Positions 56,895 to 64,000 of a stretch of DNA of 64,000 nucleotides are shown one piece after another. Positions within the stretch are counted from its first letter, which is position 1. The number at the start of each line of letters is the position of its first letter. Origin of the DNA: Myxococcota bacterium (GTDB taxonomy: Bacteria > Myxococcota_A > UBA9160 > UBA6930); assembly GCA_965223705.1 (NCBI GenBank), contig OZ245015.1, forward strand, positions 3,328,001 through 3,392,000, read 5' to 3'. Under the pieces are notes generated by a model that saw only the letters and a program-made list of their open reading frames with translations, was not told the DNA's origin and ran no database searches. The position numbers were made by a program, and so were the translations under genes.

Positions 56895-57455
56895 ATGACG
56901 CAACTCACTCGAATCCCTCGGTCCGAGCTCACCCCGGAACTGGTTGCGCTTCACGACCAGTTGACGAAGGAAGGCGTTGATGCGCGGTTTGTCGAAGCGG
57001 GCGCGAACGCTCCCGAACTCCTCGATTGGTACTTCAACAGCTTCTACGGAAAGGTCTTCTACGATGGCCGTGTCGACGCTCGAACGAAGGAGCTGTTGCG
57101 CCTCAAGCTGTCGAAGACCCACGGCTGCTTTCTCTGAAACCGCGTGAACACTGCCTCGGCGAGGCAGCACGGAGTGACGCAGGCTCAGATCGATGCTCTC
57201 CCCGACGACGTCGAGAACGAGGCATTCTCGGAGAGAGAACGGGCGGTCCTACGAGCGGCCGAACAGATGGTCCTCACCAACCTCCACGGCATGCTCGAGG
57301 ACGGACATTACCAGGCGCTGAAGAAGCACTTCTCCGACGGCGAGATCTTCGAGCTGGGCATGGTGATGGCCGTTCTCTGCGGTTTTGCCAAGTTCTTGTT
57401 CTGCTTCGACTTGGCTGATCGCGAGGACACCTGCCCGATCCACCCAGGCGCGTAG
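56895..57455 (+). CDS. AhpD/carboxymuconolactone decarboxylase-like protein, probable selenoprotein (CFLU, TGA at 57135-57137), 186 aa
   Basis: ORFs 56895-57137 and 57144-57455 share a frame. Read-through gives RTKELLRLKLSKTHGCFL-U-NRVN...FSERERAVL...LKKHFSDGEIFEL. RBS GGAGG is seen only at the first start. Confidence 0.86.
57143..57171 (+). promoter_or_regulatory. Candidate bacterial SECIS hairpin
   Basis: CTGCCTC-GGC-GAGGCAG 7-bp stem (57151-57167) with a G-first loop 21 nt after the TGA; lower stem CGTG/CACG. Confidence 0.75.
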
Positions 57456-57461
57456 TTCGGG

Positions 57462-58364
57462 CTACGCGGACGCGGCCTTCGACAACCACTCCCGGATGGC
57501 TTCTCCGATTTCGTGAGGACAGTCCTCCTGGAGAAAATGGATGCCGGGGAGCGTGATCTCCTGCTGGTTGGGCCAGGCCCGACAGATCTCCCGCGGCCGA
57601 CCGACCAGGATCGCGCCGGGTTCCGCATTGATGAACAGTTTCGGGAACGCCGCGGTATTCATGAAGTCGGCGTTTGCCGCGACGGCTTCCACCACGTCCG
57701 TCGGCTGCCCCGCTAGCGGGATCTGGCGCGGCCAAGTCAGCGTCGGCCGCCGGGATTCTCCGGCTTCGGTATACGGGGCGCGGTAGACGTTCATCTCCTC
57801 GTCGCTGAGCTTGCGCTGGATCGCGGCGGGTAGAACTTGTTCGATGAACACGTTTTGCTCGAGGACCATGGCCTCTCCGGCATTCGAACGAAAGCCTTCG
57901 AAGAGCCCCACGAACTCCGGCGGAAAATCGGACCACTCGAGAGGGGTCACGATGGCCTCCATGTACGCAATGGCTCGAACGCGATCGGGGTGTTGTCGTG
58001 CCCACTCAAAGCCGAGGGCCGAGCCCCAATCGTGAATGACCAGCGTCACCGGACCTTCCGGTACCAGCGCATCGATGAAGCCGTTCAGGTAGTGACGATG
58101 CTGCGCGTACGTATAGGAGAACACGGAGGGCTCGGGGAGCTTTTCAGAGTCACCCATTCCGACAAGATCCGGGGCGATGCAACGGGCCCGATCCGCCAGG
58201 TGGGGCATGATGTTTCGCCACAGGTAGGACGAGGTCGGGTTGCCGTGTAGAAACAGGATCGGTTCTCCGGAACCGATCTCGACGTAGGCCATCTCCAGTC
58301 CGTGGACGTCGACCTTTTGTTTCTTCGCGGGGTGGTTCGTTTCGATCGATCGGGCATCGGACAT
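57462..58364 (-). CDS. dhaA: Haloalkane dehalogenase, HLD-II (LinB/DhaA type)
   Basis: HGNPTSSYLWRN, VIHDWGS (Asp nucleophile, Trp), YMEAI (Glu), TWPRQIP, GIHFLQED (His). Confidence 0.93.
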   Translation of the reverse strand: MSDARSIETNHPAKKQKVDVHGLEMAYVEIGSGEPILFLHGNPTSSYLWRNIMPHLADRARCIAPDLVGMGDSEKLPEPSVFSYTYAQHRHYLNGFIDALVPEGPVTLVIHDWGSALGFEWARQHPDRVRAIAYMEAIVTPLEWSDFPPEFVGLFEGFRSNAGEAMVLEQNVFIEQVLPAAIQRKLSDEEMNVYRAPYTEAGESRRPTLTWPRQIPLAGQPTDVVEAVAANADFMNTAAFPKLFINAEPGAILVGRPREICRAWPNQQEITLPGIHFLQEDCPHEIGEAIREWLSKAASA

Positions 58365-58439
58365 CGGGTTCCTCACTTCGCGAAACCAGGGTTGTGCGTT
58401 CGCCGTATACTCTAGGTTACCGGGCCCGAGGAGAACCAC

Positions 58440-59246
58440 ATGAGTGAGAAACTGCGTTTCTTGCACCATCCCGCCTCACAACCGTGCCGAGCGGCGCGCC
58501 AGTTCCTAATCGAAAACGACATCGCTCATGTCGATGAGATCATCGATATCACGACGAACATCAACGAGACCCAAGAATTCAGAGATCGCTACAACCCGAC
58601 GGGGCAAGTGCCTATTCTTGTCGACGGCGACTTCGTGGTGTGGGAGAACGTCGCGATCGGGCGGTACTTGGATGAAAAATTCGAGTGCGAAAGCCACTGG
58701 TTCGGTTCCAGCCTGGAAGAGCGGGCGAAGATCAACCAATTCGTTCAGTGGTACGCGTACACACTGCGACTCGGCGGGGGGGCGTTCCACTGGACGATCT
58801 TTGCTCCGATGATCTATGGGCCGGACAAAGATTTCACCGCGGAACGGAGGAAGGGATATCACGTCCTCTACGAGTCTCTGGAGGTGCTAGAGAACTACTG
58901 GCTGAAGAGCAGCGACTACTTGTGCGGCGAAGAAGTGAGTTACGCGGATCTAGCCGCTTACCACGAGCTGGTGTCGCACGACGCGGGGAACATCATTCCC
59001 GAGAACGTCTGGAAAAAGCATGGCCGCATCACCGCGTGGTTCGAGCGCATGTCGGCGCGGCCGGCGAGCAAGGCGGTGAGTGCGTGGCAGTACGAGACGA
59101 TCCGCAAAGTGCTCGCCGGAGAGATCTCCGTGGAATTCAATCGGCGCACCGCCGTACTGAAAGGAACGGAGGCTTTTGGGGGGCACAACAACGGCATCCC
59201 TCATCTCGGCGAAGAGCGGGACTACCTCGCCGAGGTGGAAGCCTAG
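58440..59246 (+). CDS. dcmA: Dichloromethane dehalogenase-like theta-class glutathione S-transferase
   Basis: HHPASQPCR, RYNPTGQVPILVDGDF, WYAYTLRLGGGAFHWTIFAPMIYG, LVSHDAG, SAWQYE, TAVLKGTE, GHNNGI all match my recollection of Methylophilus DM11 DcmA; 268 aa. Confidence 0.87.
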   Translation: MSEKLRFLHHPASQPCRAARQFLIENDIAHVDEIIDITTNINETQEFRDRYNPTGQVPILVDGDFVVWENVAIGRYLDEKFECESHWFGSSLEERAKINQFVQWYAYTLRLGGGAFHWTIFAPMIYGPDKDFTAERRKGYHVLYESLEVLENYWLKSSDYLCGEEVSYADLAAYHELVSHDAGNIIPENVWKKHGRITAWFERMSARPASKAVSAWQYETIRKVLAGEISVEFNRRTAVLKGTEAFGGHNNGIPHLGEERDYLAEVEA

Positions 59247-59283
59247 TTTCATCCGGTTAGTCGCCGGGGTGGAGGCCTGGTTT

Positions 59284-60204
59284 TCAGCCGGCAAAGCGCG
59301 GCTCTGGCACGCCTCGTACGCCCAACCCGTAGATCGCAAAGACCGATCCGGCTTGAAACTGCGGCTTCACTTGCTTCGCGAACCGATCGTGCACGGCCGG
59401 GTGCTTGACGCGTGCCATCGAAGTCACGAACAAGATGTCGAGGTCAGGGCCGCCGAAGATCACACTGGTCACGTTGCGCACGGGCATGCCGATGATGCGG
59501 TCGACCTCACCGTCGGGCGTGTACCGAACCAGCTCTCCGCCGATCACCATCGCGTTCCAGATGCAGCCGTCGGAATCGACGGTTGAACCGTCGTACAAAC
59601 CCGCCATCTCCTTGCTCGAGGCGAAGACCCGACGGTTCGAGACCTCGCCGGTCTCGATCGCATAGTCGTAAGCCCACATCTCCTCGCGGAACGTGTCCGC
59701 GAAGTAGAACGTTTTGTCGTCTGGGCTCCAGCAAGGACCATTCGAGCAAATGATCCCGTTGTCGACCCGGGTCGTCGTGAGATCCGGATCCAGGCGCCAC
59801 AACCCACAGAGGTCGAGCTCCTCCTTGTCGTCCATGCCACCCGCGAAGAAGCGGCCACGTCGATCGACCTTTCCGTCGTTGAGTCGGGTTCGCGGCTCGT
59901 CGGCTTCGATTTTCGTGATTAGCTCGGGTTCACTTCCCGAGTCGAAATCGAAGAAATAGAAACCGTCGTTCATCGCGAGGACAGCGCCGCCCGACTCGCG
60001 TAACACCATGGCCCCCACGTCTTGAGTCGTCCGCCAAGAATCGATCTTTCCGGTCGAGAGTTCGAGGCGCCAGAGCGACGGATTTCCGACGCGGGGTCCC
60101 GTCCCGTCGACCCAGTAGAGTCGGTTCTCGCGGTCGTCCCAAATCGGGCTCTCCCCGAGGTGGTTCTGACACGGGACGAGGGTTTCGATGCGGACGGTCA
60201 CCAC
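59284..60204 (-). CDS. SMP-30/gluconolactonase family protein
   Basis: LGESPIWD, RLNDGKVD, SNGPCWSPD, DGSTVD, FGGPDLD. Confidence 0.92.
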   Translation of the reverse strand: MVTVRIETLVPCQNHLGESPIWDDRENRLYWVDGTGPRVGNPSLWRLELSTGKIDSWRTTQDVGAMVLRESGGAVLAMNDGFYFFDFDSGSEPELITKIEADEPRTRLNDGKVDRRGRFFAGGMDDKEELDLCGLWRLDPDLTTTRVDNGIICSNGPCWSPDDKTFYFADTFREEMWAYDYAIETGEVSNRRVFASSKEMAGLYDGSTVDSDGCIWNAMVIGGELVRYTPDGEVDRIIGMPVRNVTSVIFGGPDLDILFVTSMARVKHPAVHDRFAKQVKPQFQAGSVFAIYGLGVRGVPEPRFAG

Positions 60205-60304
60205 CGACCTCCTCTCTCGGGCTTTTGAGAGCCCGTCCTATACTAGCGGTCGGCACGACGCGACCCACGACCGCGTATACTGTGCCCCCTAAAGGGAGGA
60301 ACCC

Positions 60305-60934
60305 ATGAAACTTCACGATTGTCAGATGGCACCGAACCCCCGCCGCGCCCGGATCTTCCTCGCAGAAAAGGGGATCGATTGCGAGATGGTTGAGCACAGC
60401 ATTCTCGGCGGTGAAACGAACGCCGGCGACTACCTAAAGATCAACCCATGGGGCACCGTACCGGCCCTCGAGCTCGACGACGGCACCGTCATCCGCGAAG
60501 CACCGGCGATCATGCGCTACCTCGAATCCCAACACCCGGAGCCCAATCTGATGGGCAGCGATCCGCGCGAGGCCGCGGAGATCGAAGCTTGGGAGCGATT
60601 CTCCGAGCAGAACGGTATCGGTGCGATCGGCGAGTTCTTTCGCAACCAGACCGATGCGCTCAAGGGGCGCGGGATGCCCGGCCCGACGAGCCTGGAACTG
60701 ATTCCCGGCCTGGTGGAGCGTGGCAAGAAGCGCGCGGGCTGGTTCTATACCGAGCTCGACAAGCGCCTCGGCGAATCGGAATACCTGGGCGCGGGTCGCT
60801 ACACCGCGGCGGATATCACCGCTCAGTGCGCAGTCGACTTCGGCAACGCCGTGGGCATGGGGATACCCGACGCCTGCAAGAACGTCGCGCGCTGGCACGC
60901 GGCGGTGAGTTCGCGACCGAGCGCCGCGAGCTAA
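60305..60934 (+). CDS. Glutathione S-transferase (GTT2-like)
   Basis: APNPRRARIFLAEKG, NPWGTVPALELDDG, YTAADITA. Confidence 0.92.
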   Translation: MKLHDCQMAPNPRRARIFLAEKGIDCEMVEHSILGGETNAGDYLKINPWGTVPALELDDGTVIREAPAIMRYLESQHPEPNLMGSDPREAAEIEAWERFSEQNGIGAIGEFFRNQTDALKGRGMPGPTSLELIPGLVERGKKRAGWFYTELDKRLGESEYLGAGRYTAADITAQCAVDFGNAVGMGIPDACKNVARWHAAVSSRPSAAS

Positions 60935-60939
60935 GCCGC

Positions 60940-63357
60940 CTACGGCTTCCCTCTGCCCGAGAGCTCCCTCGCGGCATCGACGTCGATGCTGCGAAGATGC
61001 AGGTCTCGCTGTGGGAACGGAATCTCGATATCGGCTTCCGTGAGGGCGCGGTTGATCTCCGTGTTGATCCGTGACTGTACGACGTACCAGTCGTCGTAGT
61101 CCGCGATCCAAACGCGAAGTTCGAAATCGAGCGAGCTATCCCCGTGCCCGCGAAACAGCGCCACCGGCGACGGGTAGCTGAGCGATTTTTCTTCGCGTTC
61201 GGCAACGCCCCGGAGAAGCTCGAGGACGCGGTCGGGCTCTGTTCCGTACTTCACGCCAATGGGGATGTCGACCCGACGCGTTTTGTCGGAAAGCGTCCAG
61301 TTCGTCACTTGCTGCGAAATGAGATCCGCATTGGGAACAATGATCTCGGAGCCCTGATACGTTCGAAGGGTGCTCGATCGGATTCCGATACGACGGATGA
61401 CGCCCAGTTGATTCCCCAGGTCGATCGTGTCTCCGACTTGGATCGGACGTTCAAAGAGCAGAATGATTCCGCTCACGAAGTTGTTGACGACATTCTGCAA
61501 GCCGAAACCGATTCCCACGCCGAACGCTCCAGCCAACAAAGCAAACCGGCTCAGGTCGATGCCGGCAGCCGCCACGGCGAGAAGAAAGCCCAGGAACAAG
61601 ATCACGTACTGTGCCGTGGCGCTAACCGCGTGGGGTATCCCCCGTCCGGTCCGTATTCTCGGGAAGACGTCTTCCATCAAGAGGAAGCGCACGACCCGGG
61701 AGAAGACGATGGATGCGGCGATCGTGATCGCGAAAGCCGCCACGTCTCCGAGCGACACCGCGGCCTCACCCCAAGTGACGGATGTCGTCAACGCCGTTCT
61801 GGCCGCGGCGACCACGGGATCTCGGACAGCGAACGACCCCAGGCTCAGGTAGGCCCACAGCAGCGCGCCCGCGATCGAGATCCCTCTGAGGATCCAACCC
61901 ACGGCGACGCCGCGACGGGCGCGCAGGAATTGGAGTTTTTGTGCGCGCGCAGTCCGCGTACCCACATCGACTGCGGTCCACAGAATCTGCACGCCGGCGT
62001 ACACAGCGATCGCGGTATAAACCGTCGCAAGCATGCCCTCTCCGAGCACTTTGCTGAGTGAGAAGTAGCCCAAAACGTTCGCGAGAAACGAGACGGAGAA
62101 GACGACGAGAGCGACGCGGACGGCGGTACCGAGCCAACGCGGGACCGAATTGGCGTCGGGCACCTTCGCCAAACGAGCGGGTCGCAGCAGTAGAATGCAC
62201 AAACACGAAGCCGCCACACACTCGATCGCGAAAATCACGCGGCTCTCGAGCGCGGCACCCTGAAACGCGGCGCGAAGGCGGTCGACGACATAGAACGCGG
62301 CGACGGCGTACAAGACCGGGCGGAATTCGGTGTGCGTGAGACGCGGAAGCAGCACCACGAGCGGCAGTAGCAGAAGCAGACCCACACCATCAAAGAACGC
62401 ACTGGGAGCGAGTGGGAAAATCCAATACGTCAATAGCAGTGCCGCGACGAGTGCGAGCGCCAACGGGTGCTCGAGCGCTTCCGCGGACCGCTCGATTTTC
62501 CCGCCAGCCGCCCGACGCGCCGCAACACTCCGCTTGAGATTACGCGCAGCGAGCCACGCGACCACGAAGAAAAGGGCGACCAAACCGACGTGGCGAGGCC
62601 TCTCCCCGACGAACCCGCGGATCGCGACCCAATTCGTTTTGAGTGCGGTCGCGATGTTCGCGGTCGGTTTCGCGTCGCTGTCGGAAAGCGCCGACCAGAT
62701 CGGCGCACTGTCGGGTTCAAATAGGCGATCGCGAATCGTGGCTCGCGATTCATCGATTGACTCCAAGACCTCAGAAGCGAGAAGTTCCTGCTGGGCAACC
62801 CGGTTCTGCAAACCCAAGACTTCGCCGCGACGCCTCGAGACGACTTCGCGGACGTCCTTGATCTCCTCCTCGGAGCGCGTGATCGCCGCGATGACTTCGT
62901 CGGGCGCGCCCCTTTCGTTTGCGGACGTCAAGCTCGCGGACCAGACCTGGTCGAGCGACCGGAGCTTCTCGACTTCCCGTCCCAGTCGCGCGACCCTCCG
63001 AGTGAGCGTGGTGCGCCACGCTTCGAGTTCGCTGGCCTGCCGCCTCCAATCGCGTTCCAGAGAGTTGAGCTTTGCGAGCGCCGGCCGATGTTTCAGCAAC
63101 GTTTGGGTCTCCACCCGTCGTCGCTCCAGCTCGGAAATAGCCCCCGCGAGAAGATCTTTGACAGCTTCGATCGATACGTCGGGCTCTGCCAAGGCCCGCG
63201 ACCGTCTCAGTAGGCTCGCCGTTTCCTCCGCACGCTCGGCGACTTCCGCAACGGGTATGGGCTGAGGGAGAGAGGGGCCGTCCTCGGCAGGGGCGTCCTC
63301 GCCCAGCGCCGGCAGCGAAAGCAAGAACCAAACAACGGCAAAGAAGGCTTGGCGCAT
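60940..63357 (-). CDS. Large MscS-family mechanosensitive channel (MscK-like)
   Basis: Signal, periplasmic coiled coil, many TM helices, GVGIGFGLQNVVNNFVSGIILLFERP, VPN, VTNWT, IPFPQRD. Confidence 0.92.
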   Translation of the reverse strand: MRQAFFAVVWFLLSLPALGEDAPAEDGPSLPQPIPVAEVAERAEETASLLRRSRALAEPDVSIEAVKDLLAGAISELERRRVETQTLLKHRPALAKLNSLERDWRRQASELEAWRTTLTRRVARLGREVEKLRSLDQVWSASLTSANERGAPDEVIAAITRSEEEIKDVREVVSRRRGEVLGLQNRVAQQELLASEVLESIDESRATIRDRLFEPDSAPIWSALSDSDAKPTANIATALKTNWVAIRGFVGERPRHVGLVALFFVVAWLAARNLKRSVAARRAAGGKIERSAEALEHPLALALVAALLLTYWIFPLAPSAFFDGVGLLLLLPLVVLLPRLTHTEFRPVLYAVAAFYVVDRLRAAFQGAALESRVIFAIECVAASCLCILLLRPARLAKVPDANSVPRWLGTAVRVALVVFSVSFLANVLGYFSLSKVLGEGMLATVYTAIAVYAGVQILWTAVDVGTRTARAQKLQFLRARRGVAVGWILRGISIAGALLWAYLSLGSFAVRDPVVAAARTALTTSVTWGEAAVSLGDVAAFAITIAASIVFSRVVRFLLMEDVFPRIRTGRGIPHAVSATAQYVILFLGFLLAVAAAGIDLSRFALLAGAFGVGIGFGLQNVVNNFVSGIILLFERPIQVGDTIDLGNQLGVIRRIGIRSSTLRTYQGSEIIVPNADLISQQVTNWTLSDKTRRVDIPIGVKYGTEPDRVLELLRGVAEREEKSLSYPSPVALFRGHGDSSLDFELRVWIADYDDWYVVQSRINTEINRALTEADIEIPFPQRDLHLRSIDVDAARELSGRGKP

Positions 63358-63432
63358 TTCCCTGTGATCCTAGCCGAGCCGGAACTGGCGGGGGCGGCTA
63401 CGGTCTGCGCGGCGTGCTTCGGGAGAAACTCG

Positions 63433-63816
63433 ATGTCGAAAGTCCATACGCCTAGGAAGATTGCGGCGACTCTCACCGACCTCTGGTCCCCGCAAATTCT
63501 CGCCGAGGTCGATGACGCCTACATCAAGGTCGCCAAAGTCGAAGGCACCCTCGCCTGGCACAGCCACGACGATGAAGACGAGCTCTTCTACGTGCTCAAA
63601 GGGTGCCTCAGGATCGAACTCGAGCACGAAACGGTAGAGCTCGACGAAGGCGACCTCTTCGTGGTCCCGAAAGGCACCCCGCACAACCCGATCGCAGAAT
63701 CCGAATGTCACATCCTGCTGATCGAGCGGAAGACAACCCTTCACACCGGAGGTGTCGTGACAGACAAAACGCGATCGATCGAGGAGCAACTCCGAGGCCG
63801 CCCCCGAGCTCGCTAG
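63433..63816 (+). CDS. Cupin-domain protein
   Basis: WSPQI, WHSHDDEDELF, VVPKGTPHNP, HTG. Confidence 0.88.
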   Translation: MSKVHTPRKIAATLTDLWSPQILAEVDDAYIKVAKVEGTLAWHSHDDEDELFYVLKGCLRIELEHETVELDEGDLFVVPKGTPHNPIAESECHILLIERKTTLHTGGVVTDKTRSIEEQLRGRPRAR

Positions 63817-64000
63817 ATATCGATCTCCCGTGCCCGAACGATGAATCGCTGTGGGGCGCTGCCGACCCAGTAAAACGGGTAACACGTAACGAGGGTCAAC
63901 GTAGGCGTGGCCGTGGGATCGAGGACGTGAACGGCTTCCGGTTCGACAACACGGATGAGATCGACGGCAAAGGTCCGCGTCCGCCCGGGTGTCTCGATCG
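63813..64000 (-). CDS. Sortase (class D-like), C-terminal fragment, truncated by the window edge
   Basis: Manual translation, absent from the ORF track: ...VVEPEAVHVLDPTATPTLTLVTCYPFYWVGSAPQRFIVRAREIDI* (TLxTC plus catalytic Arg). Confidence 0.88.
   Translation of the reverse strand, partial: IETPGRTRTFAVDLIRVVEPEAVHVLDPTATPTLTLVTCYPFYWVGSAPQRFIVRAREIDI

Noticed and set aside
1..64000. CRISPR arrays, tRNA/rRNA, IS elements, prophage or defence genes
   Set aside because: No regularly spaced repeats, RNA gene signatures, transposase, integrase or phage motifs recognised by eye; a covariance-model search was not possible.

Overview
GC-rich, gene-dense bacterial chromosomal window with about 55 CDS. 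I recognised no rRNA, tRNA, CRISPR array, integrase or transposase. The content (four luciferase-like monooxygenases, P450, SnoaL proteins, lipoproteins, Wzm/Wzt, class III cytochrome c, many sigma54 sites) suggests a diderm Myxococcota/Desulfobacterota-like organism; this is inference only. Main observations: (1) two AhpD-like genes, each split by the ORF caller at an in-frame TGA forming a CxxU motif followed by a SECIS-like hairpin, i.e. probable selenoproteins (16-630 and 56895-57455); (2) a candidate organohalide-processing locus at 56-61 kb, with a DcmA-like dichloromethane dehalogenase head-to-head with a LinB/DhaA-type haloalkane dehalogenase, next to a LinA/BaiE-fold protein and one selenoprotein; (3) a block at 10-23.5 kb with eight sigma54 -24/-12 motifs, encoding USPs, an ArcE-like arginine synthetase plus carbamate kinase, an FNT channel, an L,D-transpeptidase plus Lpp-like lipoprotein, and cytochromes; (4) a furan/modified fatty-acid cluster divergent from a B12-dependent CarH-type photoregulator; (5) a glycan locus with a GT2-Wzm fusion; (6) two deletion pseudogenes and a partial sortase at the right edge. 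Family calls come from recognised motifs, not database searches.
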